Source of the DNA: Candidatus Micrarchaeota archaeon | GTDB taxonomy: Archaea; Micrarchaeota; Micrarchaeia; Anstonellales; Anstonellaceae | Assembly: GCA_013331805.1 (NCBI GenBank) | Contig: DUFS01000057.1 | Span: 4,215 to 26,991 of the forward strand | Length of the DNA stretch: 22,777 nt | Reading direction: 5' to 3' | In this document: one piece after another, positions 15,515 to 22,777 of the stretch | How the letters are laid out: each line of letters starts with the position of its first letter | How positions within the stretch are numbered: position 1 is the stretch's first letter | Notes under the pieces: generated by a model | What the model was told of the DNA's origin: nothing | Databases searched by the model: none | What the model saw: the letters and a program-made list of their open reading frames with translations, nothing else | Translations under genes and position numbers: made by a program

Positions 15515-16162
15515 TCAGCCAGGGCAGACCATTGAGTTTGCAGTATCAGCCGTGATTTCGTCGGGCAGGCACTCGAGGAATCCAGTGCCGCAGGCATTGC
15601 ACTCCATGCGGCCGAACCTGCAGGCGTCAAGCGTGCAGCCGGTCCTTTCGCCTGGCACGCAGATTTTCCTGGGAAGAACGCACTCTGAGAAAAATCCGCC
15701 TATGCAGGTTTTTTCGCCCTCGCACCCGCCAACCAGGCATTTTTCGCGTTCAGTCGGCTCGCATTCCCTTCTTATCACGGAAAACGTGACCGAGTCGCTG
15801 CATGCGCCGCCTTTTGCCTGAATAGTGTGCTGCCCTATTTTCGGCGAGAGAACCGCCTCAGCACGGGAGGTGCCTTCAGCCACCTTTTCCCCGTCAAGAA
15901 GCAACTCGAATCTTCCGCAAGATGAAAACGCGCGCACAATCGCACTTCCGTTTTCAAGCAGGGGAGTTGGCCCTTCAAGATAAATTTCCACGCTGCCTTC
16001 GCCTTGCTGCGCAATCTGCCTGGGAAAGAAGAGCCAGAAGCCGGCTGCAACGGCTGCGAAAATCACGATTAGCGAAAAAAGCGCTGCAAGGTTGGGCTGG
16101 GAAGGAGAAGACTTTGGCCCGAGCGGCATTGCCCCGATGTCAAGCGGCTTTTTCTTTTTCAT
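15515..16162 (-). CDS. Membrane-anchored protein with a beta domain and two Cys-rich repeats
   Basis: Basic N-terminus, TM LAALFSLIVIFAAVAAGFWLFF, then CEPTEREKCLVGGCEGEKTCIGGFFSEC and CVPGERTGCTLDACRFGRMECNACGTGFLEC. ATG at 16162 (alternative GTG 16168). Confidence 0.82.
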   Translation of the reverse strand: MKKKKPLDIGAMPLGPKSSPSQPNLAALFSLIVIFAAVAAGFWLFFPRQIAQQGEGSVEIYLEGPTPLLENGSAIVRAFSSCGRFELLLDGEKVAEGTSRAEAVLSPKIGQHTIQAKGGACSDSVTFSVIRRECEPTEREKCLVGGCEGEKTCIGGFFSECVLPRKICVPGERTGCTLDACRFGRMECNACGTGFLECLPDEITADTANSMVCPG

Positions 16163-16172
16163 GGTCACAAGC

Positions 16173-17108
16173 TCACTGGTAGGACAGCCTGGGGGCGCCA
16201 GCGCCCCTTACGAGAAAGTCGATTGCCTGTGAGGAGAGCGATCCGAACAGCCCTTTTCTCCCCTGCCCTTCTGAAAGGTCACAAAGAGAGGGCTCCTCTG
16301 ACTTGATGCCGCCAAGCTCGGCAGCCTTTTTGATGGCAAGCTTCTTGTTGCCCAGCTCGTCCACAAGGCCGATCTTTTTAGCCTGCCTGCCGCTCACTAT
16401 CCTTGCGTCAAGCACTGTCTGGAACTCCACACGCTTGAGCCGCTCGCCCCTGCCACGCTCAACATCAGACCTAAACTCCTGGAAGCTTTCGTTGATGATG
16501 CTCTCGAGGACCGCCCTCTCCTCAATCGTCATGGGCCGCGAGGAAGAGCCTATGTCCTTCATTGCGCCCGTCTTTATGGTCGTCTCATTGAATCCGATTT
16601 TTTCGAAAAGCCCGCTCATGTCCGCAAAGGTAGCCCTTGCGCCAATGTTGGCTGTTATTGCGTCAGGCTGGGAGACAATGTAATCGTTTGCTGCTGCAAC
16701 ATAATAGCCTCCTGACGCCGCCATCTCGTTTATGTAGGCAACGCTGGACTTGTTGAGAGACATGATGGCATCATATATCTCCTTGCTTCCGACCACCGAG
16801 CCGCCGGGCGAGTCGATTATGACCAGCACTGACTTCACTTCCTGCCGCTCGTCCGCTGAACGTATCTCCTCTGCTATTGTCTCCGCCCCCTTAACCTCGT
16901 CGGAAAATATGGTTGCCCCGATGTCCTGCGAAACGATAGGGCCGTCGATTTTCACCACGCCCACGCAGCCCTCCAGGGGCAGGAAGGATAGGGCTGGCGC
17001 AAAGGCGAACGCCAGGATGACTGCCAGCGCGGCTATGAAAATGCCGCCGAGCAGCCAGAACAGGTAGTTTTTTTCGCCGCCCCTCTGCACTGCAGTGTTC
17101 CTTGCCAT
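16173..17108 (-). CDS. sppA: Signal peptide peptidase SppA (S49)
   Basis: N-terminal TM helix; IDSPGGSV; catalytic MAASGGYYVA; IKTGAMKD; GLVDELG. GGGAGGT RBS. Confidence 0.95.
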   Translation of the reverse strand: MARNTAVQRGGEKNYLFWLLGGIFIAALAVILAFAFAPALSFLPLEGCVGVVKIDGPIVSQDIGATIFSDEVKGAETIAEEIRSADERQEVKSVLVIIDSPGGSVVGSKEIYDAIMSLNKSSVAYINEMAASGGYYVAAANDYIVSQPDAITANIGARATFADMSGLFEKIGFNETTIKTGAMKDIGSSSRPMTIEERAVLESIINESFQEFRSDVERGRGERLKRVEFQTVLDARIVSGRQAKKIGLVDELGNKKLAIKKAAELGGIKSEEPSLCDLSEGQGRKGLFGSLSSQAIDFLVRGAGAPRLSYQ

Positions 17109-17185
17109 CTGAAAACCTCCCGTTCAAAATGTCTGTTCGTAGATTATTTAAGCTTCCCTCCCAAAAAGGAAAATCAGGTTTTCGC

Positions 17186-17722
17186 ATGGATGCGTTGTCG
17201 ATTGCCATCCGGTCCATACTTTTCATCCTTCCCTCTTACTTTGCCAACTCCATACCGGTTGTGCTGGGAGGGGGCGCTCCTCTTGACGGCAAGAGGAAGT
17301 TCTCCGACGGGCAGCGCATATTCGGCGATGGCAAAACGGTTCGCGGCTTTTTCTCTGGCATAGCCACAGGGACGCTGGTCGGCGCTCTTGAAGGGATAAT
17401 GCTCTCAGGAACAGCGTGGGACATATACGGAAGCGGCGCCTCTGCTTATGTTGCTGCCGGCTTTCTTTTGGGAGCAGGCACAATGGCAGGCGACCTTGTT
17501 GGAAGCTTCGTTAAAAGAAGGCAGAAGGTTGCCCGGGGAAAGCCCTCCTGGATAATGGACCAGCTGATGTTTCTGCTTTTCGCCTTCCTGTTCTCATACC
17601 CGCTGGCAGCCCACCTGCTCACGCTGGAATCGGTTCTCTTCCTCACAATCCTCACCTATTTCGTGCACATCGGGGCAAACGTGCTTGCCAACCGCTGGGG
17701 CTTGAAAAAGGTCCCCTGGTAA
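17186..17722 (+). CDS. carS: CDP-archaeol synthase (CDP-2,3-bis-O-geranylgeranyl-sn-glycerol synthase)
   Basis: ILPSYFANSIPV..GGGAPLD, DGQRIFGDGKTVRG, GDLVGSFVKRR, MDQL, GLKKVPW. ATG at 17186. Confidence 0.94.
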   Translation: MDALSIAIRSILFILPSYFANSIPVVLGGGAPLDGKRKFSDGQRIFGDGKTVRGFFSGIATGTLVGALEGIMLSGTAWDIYGSGASAYVAAGFLLGAGTMAGDLVGSFVKRRQKVARGKPSWIMDQLMFLLFAFLFSYPLAAHLLTLESVLFLTILTYFVHIGANVLANRWGLKKVPW

Positions 17723-17728
17723 GGACAA

Positions 17729-18124
17729 CTAGACTGAGACTTCCCCCTTTTTCCCATCTACTTTTGCATTAATTCCATCCTTCAGGAAAGTGAACGGGTC
17801 CTTTTCAGGCTTGTCGACCATGGGAATTCCTGAAATGATTGCGCCCACAGCGATTATGGGCTCAGCTTCAAGGTTGATTATTGCCGAAGGCGCAACGCCG
17901 CCCTTCTTGAGCTGCAGCATGACGTACGAGCCCACTGTGGAGCCCTTTCCGCGCGGGAAGACCAGCACCCTGCCTGCGATGCACTTTCCCTCCAGGCAGT
18001 GGCCCTTTTCCACAACCACGCCGGTTTTGGGATCTACGCCTCCAAGAAAGGAGATGGCGTCCTTGCTGAGCAGCACTTTTCCCTCCCCCATCCCCCTGCT
18101 TATGCTCCGTCCTTTCACTTGCAT
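17729..18124 (-). CDS. Aconitase X swivel subunit (DUF126), phosphomevalonate dehydratase small subunit
   Basis: ISFLGGVDPKTG, FPRGKGSTVGSYV, IIAVGAIISGIP; overlaps the large-subunit gene. Confidence 0.93.
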   Translation of the reverse strand: MQVKGRSISRGMGEGKVLLSKDAISFLGGVDPKTGVVVEKGHCLEGKCIAGRVLVFPRGKGSTVGSYVMLQLKKGGVAPSAIINLEAEPIIAVGAIISGIPMVDKPEKDPFTFLKDGINAKVDGKKGEVSV

Positions 18125-19287
18125 ATGAAAGCACCCAATTCATCGAATACCACTTGCTGCTTGCACAGGCTTCCCAGGTATTTTGCCGCTTTGCCCGAAT
18201 GGGTGGCGGTTTTCCTGTAGCCCATTTCCTCAAGCGGGCAGACCACCATGCAGGTGTCAGCAACAACCTTGCCGCCCGCCTTTTCAATTGTTGCGGAATA
18301 GCCTGCCTTGTCAGCCTTTTCCTTTGTCTGCCTTGCTGTGCAGACCCAAAGCTCGCAGGCGAGTTTTTTCCCCCTAAGCAATGCAGCTATGGATCCGATT
18401 TCCTGAAGAGAAGCGTGAGGGCAGCCAAGCGTAATGAGGTCCGGCTTTTCTGGCACGCCCATTTTCCCCTTCATTTCAGTAATTTCATTTTGTCCAACTG
18501 ATATCTCCTCTGCAGAATCTGAAACCCGCCATTCGGGGGTTATTCCCTTGGCGAAAAACAATGCATTTGATCCCCAGGAAGCCAAAGCAGCCCCCAGCCC
18601 CTTAAGCTGGTCCTCTGTTGCCTTTTTCAACCCAAAAAAAGCAGTGTTTTTCCCTTTGGAAGCCTCGCCCACAAACGCACCAAGCGCGCCAAAGTCTGTT
18701 GCTGACTTTGGCTCGGATCCAAGCTTTACAGTGAAATCCGCGACCCTGTTCTTGTCAAGGTGCATTCCGTAGTTAGGAGTAACTCCGCATATTGCAGCTG
18801 CAAGGGCAGAGGGCCCGCCCTCGCGGTTGGTTCTTGCGCCAAGCACGGAATTTGCAAATACAACCGCAGAGCTTTCCGACCAGGCTATGTGCTCGCCTTT
18901 CTTGGGGCGCAAGCCCACAAGGTAAGGAGCGCAGGTGCAGGTCATGTCTATGCCCATTGAGGCATAGGCGTCAAGAACTGCAATCTGCTTTTTTGCAAAA
19001 CCTTCCGGCACGCGCATCTTCTGCCACTGCTCCCGGTCCATGCCTGCCGGATTGAGGAATGTTTTCACCTTGACTTTTGCGCCTTTTGAGGACAAATCCC
19101 TAAGATAATCCAGGCCAGCCTCGCCGATCGTCTTGCAGGAAACTCCGGCCACCTGAACAGAAGAAACCGGAATCAAGTTTTGCGCGCCGTAAATTTTCCC
19201 AAGCGCAAAGAGTATTTCCATTGACTGGCGGGCAGCCTCTCCCAATTCGCCTTCCAACATTTTTTGCTCTTTCGAGGTTAATTCCAT
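18115..19287 (-). CDS. Aconitase X catalytic subunit (DUF521), phosphomevalonate dehydratase large subunit
   Basis: TCTCAPY, AWSESSAVVFANSVLGARTNREGGPSALAAA, LGCPH, DTCMVVCP (candidate Fe-S ligands). Confidence 0.94.
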   Translation of the reverse strand: MELTSKEQKMLEGELGEAARQSMEILFALGKIYGAQNLIPVSSVQVAGVSCKTIGEAGLDYLRDLSSKGAKVKVKTFLNPAGMDREQWQKMRVPEGFAKKQIAVLDAYASMGIDMTCTCAPYLVGLRPKKGEHIAWSESSAVVFANSVLGARTNREGGPSALAAAICGVTPNYGMHLDKNRVADFTVKLGSEPKSATDFGALGAFVGEASKGKNTAFFGLKKATEDQLKGLGAALASWGSNALFFAKGITPEWRVSDSAEEISVGQNEITEMKGKMGVPEKPDLITLGCPHASLQEIGSIAALLRGKKLACELWVCTARQTKEKADKAGYSATIEKAGGKVVADTCMVVCPLEEMGYRKTATHSGKAAKYLGSLCKQQVVFDELGAFICK

Positions 19288-19296
19288 TGGAATTCC

Positions 19297-20604
19297 TCAG
19301 ATGTAATCTTGCACATTGACTTTTTTCCATCCTGCCTTTTCGAAATTCTTGCCGTGCGCCACAAGAGGCTTGGTGGCGTCTATCCCCATCTTGGCAGTTG
19401 CATATGTGTGCGGGTCTGCGGAAGGGTCAAGCGAGGAGCCTTTTTCATTGGATTTGATTATTGCGCTTTTATCTGCCTGCACCCTGGTTGCTATGGCCCA
19501 TTCCACTGAAGCCGGATCATGGATGTCGATGTCCTCGTCCACTATTACGACGTGCTTAAGCGACTTGTGGCCTGCGAATGCCGCCTCTATTGCCTTTTTG
19601 CCGTCTTCTTCACTCTTCTTCCTTATTGCAATAACTGCGTGCAGCCAGGAGCAGCCTCCGGGGGTTATGTTCACGCCAGTGCATTCAGCCGCCTTGGAAA
19701 CTTCGTTCCAAATTGTGGGCTCGCGGGGCATGCCCATGAGTATTTTGTGCTCCAGGCCCCCTGGCAGAAGAACGTGGAAAAGCGGATTTTTCCTGTGGTG
19801 GACTGCAGTGATTTTCACCACGCGCTGCTTGCGCACTATGTCATAGGTTTCGGTCAGGTCCACAAACGGCCCTTCGTCATGAAGTTCACTTGTGATTTTC
19901 GCTTCGAATGCGTATTCGCAGTCTGCAGGCACCTCTATTCCGTTGCCGAGCTTGACTGTTTCCAGGCTGGCAAGCGAGTTGGCAATTGAAAGCTCGTCCT
20001 TTCCTATTTCCACTGAAGTTGCGGCAGCCAGAAGCACATTGATTGGCGCGCCCACCACTATTGCTACGTCAAGTCCCTTTCCGTCTGCCCGAAGGAGGTA
20101 CTCGTCCAGGTGGCGCTTGAGTATGCGGGCGACCACAGTGTCCTTGCCAATTACCATAAGCCTGTGAAAGGAGCAGTTCCTGCCGTATTCCCTGTCATTG
20201 GAAATAACAACTGCCGAGGAGAAATAGGGCCCGCCGTCCTTTGGAGCGTGAAAGGGGATTGGGATTTTTGACAAGTCCACCATTGGCTCAGTGACTTCGA
20301 GGACAGGGGCATTTCCTGCGCTTGTTAGCTCGGGTTTGGTCGGATTGTTTATTGCGTGAATTAGTCTCCCGACAAGCTCCTCCTTTTTTGCCCCAAGGTA
20401 TTCTGCCACCAGGTCCTTGGTGGAAAAAACGTTGCCCACTGCCTCTGCGCCAGGGAGTTCTGGAATTCTGTTGGTATAAACCACCCTGCCGTCCAACTCC
20501 TTCATTACGGAAGCAAGCTCAAGCTTCAGGGAGCAAGGCTTTTTCAGCTCCAGCATCCTGCCCTCGCGCCTTAATTGCCCCACAAAATCCCTGAACGATT
20601 TCAT
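19297..20604 (-). CDS. ubiD: UbiD-family prFMN decarboxylase, by context trans-anhydromevalonate 5-phosphate decarboxylase
   Basis: DGGPY, SFHRL, EGPFVDLT, KHVVIVDEDIDI, VEWAIATR, GSSLDPS, KMGIDATKP. ATGA overlap with ubiX at 20601-20604. Confidence 0.92.
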   Translation of the reverse strand: MKSFRDFVGQLRREGRMLELKKPCSLKLELASVMKELDGRVVYTNRIPELPGAEAVGNVFSTKDLVAEYLGAKKEELVGRLIHAINNPTKPELTSAGNAPVLEVTEPMVDLSKIPIPFHAPKDGGPYFSSAVVISNDREYGRNCSFHRLMVIGKDTVVARILKRHLDEYLLRADGKGLDVAIVVGAPINVLLAAATSVEIGKDELSIANSLASLETVKLGNGIEVPADCEYAFEAKITSELHDEGPFVDLTETYDIVRKQRVVKITAVHHRKNPLFHVLLPGGLEHKILMGMPREPTIWNEVSKAAECTGVNITPGGCSWLHAVIAIRKKSEEDGKKAIEAAFAGHKSLKHVVIVDEDIDIHDPASVEWAIATRVQADKSAIIKSNEKGSSLDPSADPHTYATAKMGIDATKPLVAHGKNFEKAGWKKVNVQDYI

Positions 20605-21134
20605 TCTTTCCACCTTTTGAACAATTTGTTTTCCACGCCAAGCTGGTCAAGGGTTTTTCCCACCACAAAATCCACCAAATCCCCTATTTTTTTCGGCTTA
20701 TGGTAGAACCCAGGACAGGCGGGCAGTATCACTCCGCCAGCAAGAGTGACTTTCTCCATGTTCTTTATCGCAATGTAGGAAAGGGGTGTTTCCCGCACCA
20801 CCAAGACAAGCTTGCGCCGCTCCTTGAGCATGACTTCTGCTGCACGGGAAACAAGGTTACTCCCCACGCCAGCAGCTATTTCTCCAAGCGTTTTCAGCGA
20901 GCAGGGGCAGATAGCCATGGCACCCAGTCGGTGCGAGCCTGAGGCAAAGGGCGCGGAAAGGTCATTTTCATCAAAGTCGCTTTTTGGAATCAGGGCGCCC
21001 TCTGCTTTTGCCACTTTTTTCGCGCCCCCGGTAACAATAACGTACGTCTTGTGGCTGGTTTTTTTCAGCTCCTCGGCCAGCCTTGATCCGTAGACTATGC
21101 CCGATGCTCCGGATATGGCTACCAAAATACGCAT
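20601..21134 (-). CDS. ubiX: Flavin prenyltransferase UbiX
   Basis: MRILVAISGASG, FASGS, PCSLKTL, RETPL, PGFYHKP. ATG at 21134. Confidence 0.95.
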   Translation of the reverse strand: MRILVAISGASGIVYGSRLAEELKKTSHKTYVIVTGGAKKVAKAEGALIPKSDFDENDLSAPFASGSHRLGAMAICPCSLKTLGEIAAGVGSNLVSRAAEVMLKERRKLVLVVRETPLSYIAIKNMEKVTLAGGVILPACPGFYHKPKKIGDLVDFVVGKTLDQLGVENKLFKRWKE

Positions 21135-21154
21135 GGGAAAATATTGCTCCACTC

Positions 21155-21163
21155 TTTTAAATA
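21155..21163. promoter_or_regulatory. Shared bidirectional TATA box between ubiX and ipk
   Basis: TTTTAAATA is equidistant (about 20 bp) from the divergent ATGs at 21134 and 21184. Confidence 0.62.
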
Positions 21164-21183
21164 GTCTTTGCCAATAGCAGGGT

Positions 21184-21939
21184 ATGCAATTGCTCAAGCT
21201 GGGCGGAAGCGCAATCACCGTAAAGGGAGGCTACATGAAGGCAAACAGCGGAAGCATTGCCGCTCTTTCGAAAGCCGTCGCTGCAGCATGGAAAACAGGA
21301 GTTCGTGATCTGATTATCGTGCACGGGGCAGGCTCGTTCGGGCACGCGCTGGTGCTCAAGTACGGAATTGGCAATGGCGTTGTCACCATGGAAGAGCAAA
21401 AGGGCTGCAGGGAAACACAGGAGGCGTGCGAGAAACTGTCCTCCATGGTTGTGGCTGCGCTCCAAAAACAGGGCGTGCCTGCTGCATCCATTCCACCGCA
21501 TTCCTTGATTATTTCGAAAAACAAACGAATTGAAACATTCGATGAAAAGCCGGTGCTCGAGTGCCTGACCGAGGGCAGCCTGCCTGTGCTCTACGGAGAC
21601 ATGGTAATGGACAGCGAGCTCGGCTTCTCTGTCTGCTCCGGGGACCAGATAATCGCCTTTCTCGCAAAATGGGCGGACAGGGTGGTGATGGCAAGCAACG
21701 TGGAAGGAATACTCATGAACGGCAAGGTGGTGCCGAAGATCACCTCGAAGAACTTTGCCAAAATAAGAAAGCACCTATCAGGCTCCAAATCCCCTGACGT
21801 GACCGGGGGCATGGCTGGAAAGGTGGCTGAGCTCTTGAAAGTAAAGGCTCCCATTTACATAGTGAATGCGGCAAAGCCCGAAAGGGTTACAGCACTCCTT
21901 TTGGGGAAAGGGGCGGTCTGCACCGAAATAAGGTTCTGA
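21184..21939 (+). CDS. ipk: Isopentenyl phosphate kinase
   Basis: LKLGGSAIT, IVHGAGSFGH (IPK-specific His), PVLYGD, SGDQI, DVTGGMAGK. Confidence 0.94.
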   Translation: MQLLKLGGSAITVKGGYMKANSGSIAALSKAVAAAWKTGVRDLIIVHGAGSFGHALVLKYGIGNGVVTMEEQKGCRETQEACEKLSSMVVAALQKQGVPAASIPPHSLIISKNKRIETFDEKPVLECLTEGSLPVLYGDMVMDSELGFSVCSGDQIIAFLAKWADRVVMASNVEGILMNGKVVPKITSKNFAKIRKHLSGSKSPDVTGGMAGKVAELLKVKAPIYIVNAAKPERVTALLLGKGAVCTEIRF

Positions 21940-21952
21940 CGCAGGTAGTTTC

Positions 21953-22744
21953 ATGGTCTGTCCGGCGAAAAAAGTGGCTGCTGGCCAAGGCGCGATTGAG
22001 TGCTTCTCCTGCAGCACTGCTCACACCTTGTCAGGCCAAGGTGCGACCGAATACCTGGTTCTGCTTTCGGCAGTTCTGATAGTTGCGCTGGTCTCCATAT
22101 CATTGCTTGGTTTTTTCCCAGGGACCGCATCCAGTGCGCAGGAAGAGGAATCCAGGGTTTACTGGCAGTCTGCAGCACCCATAGCAATTGTGGAGGCAGC
22201 AGCAAAATACGAACCCAACCACGTGTTTCCCCTGACGCTTCCCTATCTGCGGGTAAAAAATACCGGCAGCCATCCGTTAAGGATAACCAAGATTTTTGGA
22301 GGAGACTACTCGATTTCCATGATCTGGCGGGATGGCGATACAGGGTTTACCCGAACGTATGGGGATTACCAGAACATCAGCGAGATCGGATACGTCCAAC
22401 CTGGCGAGGAGACATACTTTGGGCACAGGAGGGACGGCCCTGGGGCGATGGTCTACCCGAATGTTCCGTACACCTACGGTCTGGTTTTTTGCTCTGCGCC
22501 ATGCAGCGGAAGCTGGGCAATTCCGTCTGTCAATTGCACCTGCTCAGGAGGAACCACCGGCACCTGGGCAGACGCGCTTTACAACGCCCAGTCAATGTGC
22601 AACGCGGACGGAACGGGCTACGCAGTCTTCAAGGAATTCGGATTCGAGTATGAGGCATATTCCGAGGGACAGCAGGTGACAAAGAGGCAGATCTCCAAAT
22701 TTCCGCTAGTAATACGCTGCTCTGGTACCGTCCCTCCGCCTTAA
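21953..22744 (+). CDS. Class III signal peptide (type IV pilin-like) surface protein
   Basis: GQGATEYLVLLSAVLIVALVSISLLGFFPG prepilin-like helix with Glu at +5, followed by a beta-rich, Cys-containing domain. The true start is uncertain. Confidence 0.82.
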   Translation: MVCPAKKVAAGQGAIECFSCSTAHTLSGQGATEYLVLLSAVLIVALVSISLLGFFPGTASSAQEEESRVYWQSAAPIAIVEAAAKYEPNHVFPLTLPYLRVKNTGSHPLRITKIFGGDYSISMIWRDGDTGFTRTYGDYQNISEIGYVQPGEETYFGHRRDGPGAMVYPNVPYTYGLVFCSAPCSGSWAIPSVNCTCSGGTTGTWADALYNAQSMCNADGTGYAVFKEFGFEYEAYSEGQQVTKRQISKFPLVIRCSGTVPPP

Positions 22745-22750
22745 AAAAAA
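22743..22750 (-). terminator. Oligo-T terminator for a convergent minus-strand gene
   Basis: A8 run on + (T8 on -) directly after a minus-strand TAA at 22752-22754. Confidence 0.45.
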
Positions 22751-22751
22751 G

Positions 22752-22777
22752 TTACCGTATGTAGCTCAGGTCGTGCT
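22752..22777 (-). CDS. Probable 3' end of a gene entering from the right edge
   Basis: Minus strand reads ...CAC GAC CTG AGC TAC ATA CGG TAA (HDLSYIR*), then T8. Confidence 0.3.

Noticed and set aside
19297..21134. Ubiquinone biosynthesis or aromatic-acid decarboxylation role for ubiD/ubiX
   Set aside because: Context with AcnX subunits, ipk and carS points to the modified mevalonate pathway.
1378..22679. Numerous antisense and alternative-frame ORFs in the track (e.g. 11446-12084, 14072-14623, 21157-21774, 22000-22653)
   Set aside because: They lie within well-supported genes, lack motifs, and are expected from codon bias at this GC content.
22754..22777. tRNA-like GTAGCTCAG at the right edge
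   Set aside because: No D-loop GG or matching D-stem follows and there is no upstream TATA; the minus strand reads as a gene end followed by T8.

Overview
Gene-dense archaeal DNA (standard code 11, TTTAAA-type TATA boxes, GGAGG/GGTGA ribosome-binding sites). Gene families suggest a DPANN lineage, most likely Micrarchaeota; this is an inference. Mostly housekeeping genes: aspS, a NusA paralogue, Alba, DUF460, glmU, glmM, an HD-domain hydrolase, AMMECR1, sppA and a 59-aa Sec61beta/SecG missed by the ORF track. At 17.2-21.9 kb is a compact archaeal lipid cluster: carS, both AcnX subunits, UbiD, UbiX and isopentenyl phosphate kinase, i.e. the lower 'modified' mevalonate pathway. The best candidate for an uncharacterised system is the 6.6-9.3 kb module between glmU and glmM: two translationally coupled Cys/Ser-rich paralogues, divergent from a double-domain Lrp/AsnC regulator across a very AT-rich spacer with a perfect 9-5-9 inverted repeat. 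Other oddities: a NusA2 with all four Zn-finger cysteines replaced, a degenerate ProC-like protein, two sites where genes seem to have lost their 5' ends, palindromic intergenic elements, and a pilin-like protein with a duplicated class III cleavage motif. No rRNA, tRNA, CRISPR or mobile element was found. All family calls come from motif recognition, not database searches.
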